In this document: positions 52,201 through 64,000 of the stretch, piece by piece
Position numbering within the stretch: the first letter of the stretch is position 1
Layout: the number at the start of each line of letters is the position of its first letter
Assembly (NCBI RefSeq): GCF_006345805.1
Contig: NC_043007.1
Span: 72,850,001 to 72,914,000 of the forward strand
Source: Octopus sinensis
Lineage: Eukaryota
DNA length: 64,000 bases
Direction of reading: 5' to 3'
Position numbers and translations under genes: made by a program
The notes under the pieces: generated by a model
Seen by the model: only the letters and a program-made list of their open reading frames with translations
What the model was told of the DNA's origin: nothing
Databases searched by the model: none

Positions 52201-54533
52201 TCACACGTCACAAACTTGTGATCCGAGTAAGGTACAATATGAAATTGTGGACAACTAAAAACGTATCCTTATCTCTTTTTTTTATAATTATCCTATCTAG
52301 GTACGATCTGTGTGAGCCGTCGTAGTTACTCCACGTCCACTGTGGAACGCTCGGCTCATCCAGTCGGTAACGGTCCACTAGATCAAAGCTCTCCAGTAGA
52401 CCCTTGAGGCTAGGATTCCCCTTCCTATTAGTTGAGCCAACACTGTCGATGTGCGCTTCAAGGACAGTGTTAAAGTCCCCTACTAGTATTACTGTTTTCG
52501 ACGTCGCCAGAAAGGGCTCCAGGCTTCGAAAGAAACCCTCTGTCTACCCTCGTTCGGGGCGTAGACAGCTACCAACCTGAAGGACTGTTTACTTGCGTGA
52601 GTCACATCCAGGACAACCAGCCTGCCTTCTGGGTCCAGAAAGACAGTACTTACCTGCAGGTCCAAGCTCTTCCTGATGAAGACTGCCACGCCTCTTCCTC
52701 CTCCTCGGCTAGGAGAAATAAATTTCTCGAAACCATTTAGAAGAGGTGAGAACGCTTGGGTCTCGCTCATCTTGGACTCGGTTACGATAGCAACATCTAT
52801 ACCTTGTGTCGTGAGGTCGTTCAGGAAACAAATTTGTTTCCATTTCGACCCCATTCCACGTATGTTTAGGCAGCCCAGCTTGGCCATTGTGGGCGAGGGA
52901 GGAAAATAATTATACTCACGGTTGTGAAAGGGAGCACGGCGGTCTGATTTTGCCTGCTTCCCTTTCTTCCGCTACTGCAGGGCTTTTGACCGGCGTTGCC
53001 ACTGGGCTCTGGGTTGGTGTGGTTGCCGGGGTTATTGTTAGTTTTCCTTCTAACACCTCTTTGGTGACATCTCTTATTAGGCGGTTCTTCAGGTGTTCCT
53101 GAAGAACCTCCTCCTTCCATTCGTTCTCGCCTACCTTGGCGAAGCGCGCAATTGCTTTTCCATCTGAGGTTCTGCTATACAGCATGAACCTCGACAGTTT
53201 GCAGCATTTGTAAACTTTTTCGTTTTTTTCATCAAACGCAATTATTTTTTCGTTTTTCAATAAACATTTTTTAGGATCTTGTTTTACGGGGAGGGGTTGG
53301 CAAACTGTTTTCCAATGAAAACAGTGCCATGGGGGTAGGGTTGGGGTTTGTTTAATGTGTGTGTCTGCAGTGTTAGTTGTTTTTTTCCTTGTTTGGGGAG
53401 GGGAGTCCAGGGTATTTTCTTTTTTTCTTTTGTGCGTAACTTGGGTGTATTCCATCGGTTCTATTTGGTCTATTTTTGCTTCCGTATTTGTCTTGGTCGT
53501 TTTGTTGTTCTTCTTAGCTTCCTCTCCCTCCGCATTGGGTACACTTGGAGGGGCCGCATCTTCTGTTCTTTTTTTTCTGATGCAATTGGAACGGACGTGA
53601 CCCTTTTCTCCACACTTGAAGCATCTGGGTCTTCGTCCTTCCACCGACACTCTCATGGACGTGCCATCCTCGTTAAAAATCCTGTCAGGCAGGCTCTCCA
53701 AGATCTTGTTCTCTGCCTGTACGAGGAGCTCCAGAGTCTGACCCCTCCAACGTACCGCTTCCTTCCTTCTCATTTGCAGTATGTTCATTTCGCGTCCACA
53801 TCATGTAAGACCGCCGCTGCTACCCACATGGTGTCGTATCCTCTGGGTATGTCTTCAACCGTTACCTTTGCGGTTCTCTTCCCCATATACGAGGGTAGCA
53901 GCATGATGTCGTCGTTTTTAAGGGTCAACGACGACACCTCCTTCGCCACCTCTGCCGTGTCAAAGTGTGCTTCGATCGTGGCACTTCGTGCACCTCTCAC
54001 TATATGGCGAATTTTATCCCACACCGGGGCCAAGCATTTCTCAACGGTTTCGTTTTTTACTTCCATGATCTTTTTTTCTTTAAAGTTGTACACTTTATAG
54101 ATTACGATCTTTTCCTTAATTTCTTGCACCTTCGCTTGCGGCGGCACAAGCCTTATTTCTCCTCCTTCTAGTTTTACCAAATTCCTATATTCGTACAGTT
54201 GTTCAATCTTGAATTCTATCTCCAACATGGCGCCGCCCACCGCGGCCGAGAATGATTGCCTGGGTACTGGGTTTTCCTCTTTTTCACCTTTTCCCATCAC
54301 GGGAAAGTCTTCCTTCGACGTTAGGTCGAACTCCATCTCTGAAGGTTACCTTTAAGGTAACAAGAATATGGTTAGAACAAAATTTTCTGCCCCGTAGGGC
54401 GAAAATTATCGTTTTACGACGGGTACTGTTCAGAACAGTTTACACAAACAATGATATTATAACTTCGAATTCTCTTAAATAGCAGCAGCAAATTTCTCAC
54501 AACGCAAAACGCAACAAACTGCTCCGCAAATGA
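49253..54533 (-). mobile_element. Full-length Tx1/L1-clade LINE (ORF1 with CCHC knuckle; ORF2 APE-RT), frameshifted
   Basis: ORF1 CFKCGEKGHVRSNC; APE LGCLNIRG, VAVYAP; RT LDQSKAFDRVDH, VRQGCPLSPLLY, AYADDIT; 17-bp TSD cagctaactgatcaaca at 49236-49252 and 54534-54550. Confidence 0.95.
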
Positions 54534-54550
54534 CAGCTAACTGATCAACA

Positions 54551-54767
54551 TCAACGAAGCACATGGGTGAGTTTACATATATTACATCCTGTAAATGTCA
54601 GACTTTTTACGAATTGCATTTCGGGAAAGGAAAAGTTTTTTCGGAATAAAAATTTAGCAATTAAGGACAACTACTTAATAAGGAAAACTTAACAAGAAAT
54701 TGTCAGGTAGATAGCGTGAAAACCTCATAAGAGAAAAAATTTCGAAAATAATTATTTCTTATTGAAC
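54551..54767 (-). mobile_element. HHR-bearing repeat, segment 2
   Basis: Joins segment 1 across the TSD; its last 110 bp duplicate 48885-48990. Confidence 0.75.
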
Positions 54768-57700
54768 TAGGTGTGTACTAGAGAGCTTTGATCTAGTGGA
54801 CCGTTACCGACTGGATGAGCCGAGCGTTCCACAGTGGACGTGGAGTAACAACGACGGCTCACGCAGATCGTATTTAGATAGGATATTTATTAAGAAAAGA
54901 GATAAGGATACGTTTAGTTGTCCCACATTCACATTGTGCCTTACACGGATCACAAATTTGTGACGTGTGGGATGCAATTGGACAAGTGTCATAGACAGGG
55001 ACCCGGGTACTGGAAGCTGAACAAGGCTATTTTGAATTGTGAAGACTCCGTACCCGGATTAAGGTGTTAGTACAGAGGGCATTGTGTGGCACCATCATTA
55101 ACAATAGATGGTGGCACTCCCTCAAAAGAGCCATTCGTTCAGAGTCCATTAGATTTAGCAATCAGCTAAGGTTAGATAGGTCTAGGATAGAGGACGATTT
55201 AGTTAAGAATCTAAACGAGGCAATGGAAGCTGGCTCTGCATCCGGAGTGTTGGCGGCAAGGACGGTATTGTACCGTCACCTTAACTCCAAACACGAAGGT
55301 TGCAGAATCAGAGCTAAGCTACGCGCTGGGAAACGAGAAGGTATTAACGTTGCCGGATGGGCCCGTCGAGTGGAGAGTCAGAGAGGTAACAAAGCCTCAA
55401 TCAAATCTTTAACTGACAAACAGGGACAAAAGATCTATGGACAGGAGGAGATGCAAAAGTTTCTTCACCAGCATTTCGCCCGCGTGTTCGGGGGTGGTGT
55501 GGCGCCGGAGCGGGGGAGGACCTTAAAGGACTTCCTGGCCGGCGGACCGCGGCTCTCGGGGCGTGAGGTGGAGTGCTGTGAAGAAGCGATCACTCCCGCG
55601 GAGATAGAGGGGATACTGGCCGGATGCGCCGGGGAGAAGTCGCCGGGGTTGGATGGTCTGCCCTACGAGTTTTACAAAGTATGCCGGACTTGTTCGGGGG
55701 AATATTGGCAGGCGTCTACACGAACTGGCAGCAGAATGGGAGAATTCCCAGCTCTGTAAGCCGGGGAGTGGTGACGCTAATCCAGAAAGACCCGAGCAAG
55801 GGGGATAACATTAGTAACTACAGGCCCATAACTCTACTTAATGTAGAGTTAAAGATTTTGGCCAAGGTGTTGGCAAAAAGGTTGACGGTTGTCGTGGAGA
55901 AACTTGTAGGGAGAGCACAGACATGTGCAATTCCAGGCAGGTCGATCCAGGACAATCTTCACCTTATACGCTACACCTTAGACAGGGTGGGTAAATTAAC
56001 CGGCAAGGGCGGGGTAATGGTCCATTTAGACCAAAGTAAAGCGTTCGATAGGGTAGACCATGAGTACCTGGCGACGGTCCTCGAAGCGGCTGGACTGGGC
56101 CCTGAATTTCGCGGGTGGATCTCCGCTATGTATAGCGGCATCAAGTCCACCGTCCAGATAAACGGTTACCTAACGGAACCGTTTTCGATCGAATGTTCAG
56201 TTCGTCAAGGGTGCCCCTTGTCACCACTTTTGTACGTGTTGGCTCTTGAGCCATTGCTGCGAAAGTTGGAGAGGCTGGGAAGCAACTCGGATGAGATCGG
56301 AGGTGGGAGGACGGTTACTGCTTATGCGGATGACGTCACCCTCATCGTGTCCAATGAGGCCCAGCTACCTTGTGTGGAAGAGGCTATCAGAGGATACGAG
56401 GCGGTGGCAGGAGCAAAGGTTAACAAGGACAAGTCGGTTGGCTTGCGCCTCGGCACCTTGAAGAGCAAGTCGATATCGTCCATTGTCGTGGGACACTGGA
56501 CGGATGGCCCTGTTAAGTTGCTAGGAGTCTGGTTTGGGCCAGACTCCCAAACGGAGAGGAACTGGAGTGAGGTGGCGAGCAAGGTGGAGGCCATAGTACG
56601 GACCTGGTCCGGAAGGTTTCTGTCCTTGAAAGGAAGGGCGGAGGTGGTACAGATGTTCATTGCATCTGTAATCACTTACCGCCTGACCGTTGTCCCTTGC
56701 CCCGATTCATGGCTTAGCAAGTTGGAGCGAATCCTTTTCCGCTTTTTGTGGAAGGGAGGAAAGCCACTTGTGAGGCGCTCCGTTTGCTGCCAGGAACCGT
56801 TAAAGGGTGGGTTAGGAATGCCTTGGTTGATGATGCGCAGACATGCGTTGAGGCTGAAGCATCTCTGGCACCACCTGGAGGGTGATAAGGTGTGGAGTCC
56901 GCTGGCAGGGGAATTTTTCCCGAGACCGGCCTCCTTAGCGAATTTTAAACCCGGTCGCATCAAAAGATGGAAACTGACTTTATGGCAAAAGGAGTGCCGA
57001 CAGGCACTCACGCTGATCCACAAGGCGGGCAAGGCCGGCTGCGGAAATACCACCTCGGTATTTTATAGAAGGCTGGTAGAGGCAAAGAACGATGACGTCC
57101 TAGGAGGGGCTCTGGGGTTTGACGAAGACCAGCTTACCAACCTGTTTAAAAAGACTTTCAGGACGGGGTACTTGGATAATTTCCAAAGATCCCTGGCCTG
57201 GCAGGGCTATAGGAATGCTTTACCTGTTCGCGAGAAGTTATCGCGGCACGGAATTTCAGTGCCACCGACGTGTCCAAGGTGCGAGTTGGACGATGAAACC
57301 GTCCAGCACGCTTTTGTACACTGTCGGAAGTTGTCAGACTTGATAAGTTACGCAGAACACGTGTTATCGCATCTGGGACGAGTACAGCTGTCGGCTGAGT
57401 CTATGATTAAGATGATACCGCCAACTGGACTCTCGAAGGAAGGTGAGGCATGTTTCCACTGCACGGTTGCAGTAGTAAAAGAATGCATGTGGAGAACAAG
57501 AATGGAAGGAGTCGCGATAGGATCCTTTGTCTCGGGCCCCGGCTTGCTCACTTACTTCAGATATCATCTGAAGAGCAAAATGGGGCTGGAAAAGAGGATC
57601 TTACCACGGGGTGTGTATGAGAAAAGATGGAAGGAAGTGGAAAAAAAGGTGGGTGTCAGAAACCCAGCTTAACTATGGAGGGAGGAGAGGAAACAAAAGC

Positions 57701-57921
57701 TGCGGGGCCTTATAAATTGCCGGGGTTTAAAACTTCGGTAAGATCGAAAGGTTATGAAATGTTATAAGATTCTATTGGTCACGTAAAGGACAATTTATAG
57801 ACGAATTTTTTAATCCAAATGTTATGGAAAATTTTTAAATCGAACCTCTTAATTATTTGTTTTGCATGTATGTCCTGTATTTGTACTTCTATGTAACGAT
57901 TGTATAATCGTAATAAAGAAA
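54768..57921 (+). mobile_element. 5'-truncated Tx1/L1-clade LINE of the same family, with a long open RT ORF (55624-57672)
   Basis: 682-aa ORF with RT motifs and C-terminal CPRC..H..C; highly similar but not identical to the 49253-54533 copy; no TSD seen. Confidence 0.95.
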
Positions 57922-57924
57922 TAA

Positions 57925-58041
57925 GATGGCATTATACATACATGCCACACGCTAAGAGGGACAAATAGTCATTTCTACCAAAAATATTACTAATCCCACC
58001 GAATGCAATTTTTCAAAGTAAGACATTTAAAAAATATAGAC

Positions 58042-58044
<3 letters not shown>
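57925..58044 (-). mobile_element. HHR-bearing repeat, segment 3 (begins at the predicted cleavage site)
   Basis: Matches 49032-49152 and ends at agacctg before (TA)n. Confidence 0.8.
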
Positions 58045-58083
<39 letters not shown>

Positions 58084-58084
58084 C

Positions 58085-58290
58085 GACGGGCTTCTTTCAG
58101 TTTCCGTCTACCAAATCCACTCACAAGGCTTTGGTCGGCCCGAGGCTATAGTAGAACATACTCAAGTGTTTAGTTTAGTTAATTAAAGTGTTTAGTTAAC
58201 TAGAAATTGTGTTGAAATCTGGCCTTCAAAAGGAAAAGAACCACACACTGAACACGGAACCATGTGGTTCGTTACCACACAGCCACTCCT
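58085..58290 (-). mobile_element. SINE A head (5' half of the split copy)
   Basis: gacgggcttctttcagtttccgtctaccaaatcc..accacacagccactcct. Confidence 0.7.
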
Positions 58291-58519
58291 ACATAAAGAA
58301 AATATTTCAAAAGTGCTATTAATATACACTTAAAAAAAAAAAATGAAAAAAGAAGGTGGTAAAAAAGCGGGGAGCAAGCAGCGGACGATGGAGGAAACGG
58401 ATGATGAGTCACATATCCTAGAAAAAAATGGTGAGTACATATATTAATATTATTTGACAAGTTAGCAGAGAGGGTTTAAATAAACGGCCGAAAATATCGT
58501 TTTATTCCATAATCCTTTT

Positions 58520-58740
58520 TCTTTTACTTGCTTTGGTCATTTGACTGCGGCCACGCTGGCACCGCCTTAAAGGATTTTAGTCGAACAAATTGACCCCAGG
58601 ACTTATTTTTTAAGCACAGTACTTATTCTATCGTTGTCTTTCCACGAACTGCTAAGTAACGGAGGCATTAACACACCAACACCGGTTGTCAAGCGGTGAT
58701 GGGGAGGGGGGGACAAACACAAACATCAAGACACACACAC
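58520..58740 (-). mobile_element. SINE A body
   Basis: Family A body motifs in reverse complement. Confidence 0.65.
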
Positions 58741-58745
58741 GTATA

Positions 58746-59391
58746 AGTAAGGATCTAGCTTGACCTTGTCTGAAACCAAATCCGTCCGATTATTGCTTGT
58801 CAAAACGAGCGGAAAATCTCTCCACACTCGATGATTGATGAGGAAACACTCGACACCACCCCCAGGACCTGTGCTGGTCAAGGAAAGGTCAGTCCTTTGT
58901 TTACATTACTGACCATAAGTCTATACAACAGAGAATTTCCTATCTCTTTCTCTTACGTGTCAGCTATGACCAAGGAGCAACACCCTCTTTTTTGTGTCAG
59001 ACAAACCAAGGGGCAGCACCCGCTTTTGCGACAGTCTTTACCAAGAGCAACACTTCCCTTCGCCCGTCACTCGACACACGAAGAGAAGCTTTCGGCCGCA
59101 AGAAAGGCGATGCCACCTTTATCCCTTCTTCCTTTCTAGTCAGCGCCGTGCATTCCCTACTCTTTCGCTCTCTACTGACAGACAACCTTTTTCCACACTA
59201 TTATCTACTAACAAGCGAGCCAGCCTTGTCACTATCACTAGAATTACTGCTGTATCTGTAACTACTTGGCGGGCAAAGGAATAAATCTATGTAAACAATA
59301 TTTCTTCATTCTTGATGTTGACTCTTCGATGTTTTTTTGTACTCCGACGCGAGATCCTTCAAGCGTTACATCTACACGCTACATTTAATAG
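58746..59391 (+). mobile_element. Possible solo LTR
   Basis: GC-richer block with aataaa at ~59280 and ends resembling TG..CA; no convincing TSD. Confidence 0.3.
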
Positions 59392-59554
59392 TGGGCTACA
59401 TCATATCGACCTGATATCACATCTTTCATCCAGCCCGCTACGAAGTTCCTGCAATAAATCTACGGATATCAACAGGTAATCGAAATTGTGCCGGTGCTTT
59501 ACTCAACATCTATTTATACATTTTGTACGATTTCTCCATCATTGTGTATGTATA

Positions 59555-59825
59555 CGGAAACTGAAAGAAGCCCGTCGTATATATGTATATATATATATAT
59601 ATACGCGTGTGTGTGCTTGTGTGTCTGTGTTTGTCCCCCTAGCATTGCTTGACAACCGATGCTGGTGTGTTTATGTCCCCGTTACTTAGCAGTTCGGCAA
59701 TAGAGACCGATAGAATAAGTACTAGGCTTACAAAGAATAAATCCCGGGGTCGAGTTGCTCGATTAAAGGCGGTGCTCCAGCGTGGCCGCAGTCGAATGAC
59801 TGAAATAAGTAAAAGAGTAAAAGAG
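59555..59825 (+). mobile_element. SINE A (5'-truncated)
   Basis: Microsatellite plus body plus aagagta tail. Confidence 0.75.
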
Positions 59826-60696
59826 TATATATATATATATGGCATAACTACAGATGTGTACCCCAACCCAGCTTTGTTGCCACATAACTTCCAAAATAAT
59901 AGATATCTTTTAACAAAATAACGTTTCTGCCAACTCGTTGCCTTAGGGGAAGAAATATATTGAAAAGCATCTATACACACGAGTGTGAGAACGAAACGTG
60001 GAGGATTGTCTTGAGATATGCTAGAAATAACAGCCAAATCTCCCTTAAATCACACACTTTTCTCGTCTGAAAATATTTACAATTTTCTGAGTTTTTTTTT
60101 AAACCGAAAATGCTCCTTACATGGTTTTTAAGTGCAAAAAAATTGGCCAAAATCAGTCTGGAATGGGATGGTGAGGAAAGGGGGAGTAGAAAAATATTTC
60201 AACAAAGCTTCAAGGCTAAAACAAAAAAGAATAAAACGATGCTCCTCCTCCCATCATTTTGAGGGCCCTGGAGCAAAAAAAAAAAGGAAAAATTCCCGTC
60301 AAAACGGAGAAATTCCATCTTATGTGGTCTTCCTGATCCGAAACCCCGTTTTTTTCGAAACCCGTCTCCCCATCCCCCCGGAAAAGACTTTCTCTGCAAA
60401 TTTCTTTATAATCGTAATCTATGTCGTTTGAAAAGTATTTGTATAAACATTCATTAAAAGATACCCATTTTCTTGAAAGCTATGAGAGGAAAAAAGTTGA
60501 ATCGCGTGAATTTTCTAAAACTTCTTTCACCAATCCTTCGAAAACATTTTTTACAATACATCCCTATATACTCTGAATCTACAGTATTTAAATGGTATTT
60601 GTTGAAAAATTTCGTTAAAATTATCCATTTTTCTGGAAGTTAAGAGACAACTAATTCGAGGTGGGAGTGGAGGCATCTATCTGTAGTTATGCCCTT

Positions 60697-60727
<31 letters not shown>

Positions 60728-60729
60728 CT

Positions 60730-61110
60730 TTCTCTCTTTTTCTCTTGTTTCAGTCATTTTGACTGGCCATGCTGGAGCACTGCCTTTAATCAAGCAACTC
60801 GACCCCGGGACTTATTCTTTGTAAGCCCTGTACTTATTCTATCGGTCTCTTTTGCCGAACCGCTAAGTTACGGGGACATAAACACACCAGCATCGGTTGT
60901 TAAGCAATGCTAGGGGGACAAACACAGACACACAAACATTAACGCACATACATATATATACATATATACGACTGGCTTCTTTCAGTTTCCGTCTACCAAA
61001 TCCACTCACAAGGCTTTGGTCGGCCTGAAGCTATAGTAGAAGACACTTGCCCAAGGTACCCGGAACCATGTGGTTGGTAAACAAGCTACTTACCACACAG
61101 CCACTCCTGT
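60730..61110 (-). mobile_element. SINE A, full length
   Basis: Body, microsatellite and head in reverse complement. Confidence 0.8.
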
Positions 61111-61189
61111 GCCTATATATATATATTCATTTATTTTTTTTATCTGTATCAGTTCAAAGCTGCAGCCACGCTGGGGCACTGCCGTTTTG

Positions 61190-61930
61190 CTACACTATCA
61201 TTTTTGAGAGCTTCCTCTGATATGTGGCATTTGGTGAATAAGGGAGTTTGATGTCGCTGCCCTCATTTGCACCTCCTGCATCGAGGTAGGTTTATCTGGG
61301 ATTCTTGGCAGGAAGAGATCCAGTTTTGTTTGAAAAACACCTACATCCACTTTGTGTAGGTCCCTTAGGCTCTTTGGGAGAATATTAAAAAGCTGTGGAA
61401 CCTTGAAACCCAAGCTGTTGCAGTAACTGATCTTCAAACACAACAGCAATGTTAGGATCTTTGGCACTGCACTGTGGCGACCCATTCTGGCATCTATGTA
61501 GCTCTCAATGCCAAAACTTGGTACAATCCCTTCCAAGATCTTCCAGATGTATATTACTGCAAATCTCTCTCGTCTTCGCTCCAGGGAGTAGAGTCTTAGC
61601 TGTTTCAGCATTTCCCAGTAGCTGGGCAGTTGCAATGAGATGATCTTCTTTGTGTAACTTTGCTGGATTGCTTCAAAGTCTACTGTTAATTTTATAATGT
61701 GGGGTGACCATAGTTGGGAGCAGTAGTCCAGGCAGCTGAGGACCATCATGATTCCCTTCTCTATGTTCTGAAGGTTCTCAGGTACCATCCAGCCTTCCAT
61801 CTGCACTTTGTCACCACTTTTGTAATGTGCACTTAGAAAGAGCTATCATCACTCATGTCGATACCCAGGTCCCTCACTGGTTTAAGTTCTAGGATTGTAA
61901 TCCCCACTGGGCTAGGGTACACACAGACAT
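61190..61930 (-). mobile_element. CR1/L2-group LINE RT C-terminal fragment
   Basis: ORF 61198-61806: LDYCSQLWSP, LKQLRLYSLERRRER..IWKILEG. Confidence 0.8.
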
Positions 61931-63359
61931 ATATACATTTTCAGAAGTGGTAGTCTTTTCTTTTTTTTCACTGTCATAGTGACATCAGTCTGCAGAAGAG
62001 AATTGTATGGGGATTGATGTTACTAAAGTGGAAAAATCTATAGGTACCTTTGGAACTGGTAGCAAACTGTGTTTTTTTTTTATTAATAAGTCAGTGTCAC
62101 TAAAGTGGAAATATCTATGGTAATTTATCATTAAAGAGAATATCTCTTATACACATGCATGCGCACCTTCATTTTGGGATCACCCCTAGGCTGCAATCCA
62201 TTTCAGGAAAAGAAATTAACTAGTTAAATCACACATTACAAATGCAATCTGTTAGTGGCACAGTAAAAATATGCAAGTTTGAAATGTGACTTTATTTTTC
62301 TTATCTACATTTTAACAATGGAACATTGTATCTTTGTTAGAAACCAGCTGCTTCCTTACAGGAAGATTTCAAATAGTTAAAAATAAAAAAAACACACACA
62401 CATGTGCATACACTCACAAACACACACACATGTGCATACACTCACACATGTGCATACACTCACACATGTGCATACACTCACTCACACACACACGCACAAG
62501 TGTATACATACACATACATTTGCATAAAGTGGTTATTTTTTATAAACAATAAAAAAACTAACAGGATATGCTTTGAACTAAAAAAAGCAAGTTGTAGATT
62601 TTTATTATATTGGAGAAGCTTTGCGAACAACATTAATTTCCTAAGTTAATCAAGATACTTCGTAGTTCCAGTTTTCGTTTGGATTTCAGTTGTTTCACAG
62701 CTGTTGCTTTTTCTTCTTTGTCTTAGTAGTAGTCAGGTTGTTTCTTGTATTCTTCAGTTTTCTAAAAATCAGAAAACAGTTTTTTGTTTTGCTTGTTTTT
62801 CATGCCTATTTGTACCAGTTTTCCTTGCTTCTGAATTAGGTATTTTTGTAATCCTATGGTATTTATTTTATAATAATTTTCTAGCTGTATAAGGCCTCTA
62901 CATTTTATATATAACTTTCTTCTGGGGTTTTCGGAAATCCACCCATCCATTAGATCACTCATGGGCATTTATTTGGATGGGTGGTTATTTGTGGTTAAAA
63001 GCTGAAACAGAGTTAGTGTTCTTGTTTGCATTGTGTTTAGATGTTCATTTGCTCTGTTCGGCACTAGCCTTATTTCGTCGGAGGAATAATGTAACACCCT
63101 GATAGTTCGTTGGCTACACCATGCCACTTATCTGATCCGATTATATTTGTCATCATTGCTACGTGATCTCATTTACCTTGAATATCTCAATTTGTAACAC
63201 AAGTTCTTATTGAACGCCGATATCCTGGGAATAACCACTGTCTTGCTGTTAATGTTCTTTACGTGTGTCACTAGTAATTATCTCATTGCAAGCTTCACTA
63301 TGTTATTGTACAGTAAATAGTCTGTAGATAAATTTAAAGGATTTTTTATTCCCAATAAT

Positions 63360-64000
63360 GGAGTCAAAACAAAATATATCAAACATGTTTAACGATCATA
63401 TACCATTAGTAAAAAATTGAGAGCTACTAAACGAGTGAAAGAACATTCTGGCAATTTATCTGCTGCGTCAAGAGACTTAGGTATTGATAGGAAACGATTG
63501 AGAGAATGGTGCACAAAAGAAACTGAGTTAATCAATATGTCAGACAAGAGGAGGCGCAGATCAATTGGTGGAGGTAGAGGACCAACACATAGAGATCTAG
63601 AGATTGAACTCTTACAGTGGATTGTTGTTCTGCATACAAACAATATAATAATAAATTATTGCCATTTATGGAAATATGTTTTTGAATTGGTAAAAAGGTT
63701 TGGAATTGAAATGAACAGCTTTAGATGTTCTGATAAATGGATTTTCAATTTCATGAAATGGAATAAACTGACTGTGAGAAAGATTACACATGTTGGTCAA
63801 GCAGACAATAAAACACTTGGAGAACAGGTACAAATCGCCAGTGACTGTCTAGATAGCATTCCAGTATTAACAGCAGATAAGGATGCTGACCAGATTTATA
63901 ATATGAATGAAACCCCTGTATACGTTGACATGCTGAATTCAACAACCATAGACTTTGTTGGCAATAAAAATGTAGGTGCTAGCCACTGTGATGTTACCAA
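63360..64000 (+). mobile_element. pogo/Tigger-like transposase N-terminal part (runs off the window)
   Basis: Manual translation: SAASRDLGIDRKRLREW (HTH), GGGRGP..DLEIELLQWI (CENP-B-type HTH), FRCSDKWIFNFMK, IYNMNETPVYVDM (start of DDE). Confidence 0.8.

Noticed and set aside
63050-63100. ccgacga..ggc tagt gcc gaac hammerhead-like remnant on the minus strand
   Set aside because: Both core boxes deviate and stems I and III are not evident

Overview
AT-rich, repeat-dominated eukaryotic genomic DNA; the SINE, RTE and (TA)n content suggests a cephalopod such as octopus (inference). There is no prokaryotic gene content and no CRISPR array. Most of the window is mobile DNA: RTE LINEs (one near full length, 24.4-28.2 kb), CR1-like LINE fragments, a Penelope-like RT/GIY-YIG element, Gypsy remnants, piggyBac, mariner and pogo transposons, non-autonomous Helitron-like elements, three or more tRNA-derived SINE families and kilobase (TA)n tracts. 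Three exon-like segments on the minus strand (signal peptide, Cys-rich, transmembrane) may belong to one type I membrane-protein gene spanning about 8.9-47.8 kb. Highlight 1: several type I hammerhead ribozyme (HHR) motifs, all on the minus strand. One lies in a non-coding ~470-nt repeat whose other copy stops at the predicted cleavage site; this retrozyme/pLTR-like repeat was later hit by two related Tx1-clade LINEs. Highlight 2: a decayed Polinton-like virus/adintovirus-like remnant at 1.8-5.4 kb (capsid, packaging ATPase, fibre-like and membrane-protein fragments). All family assignments come from motif recognition by eye; no database searches were run.
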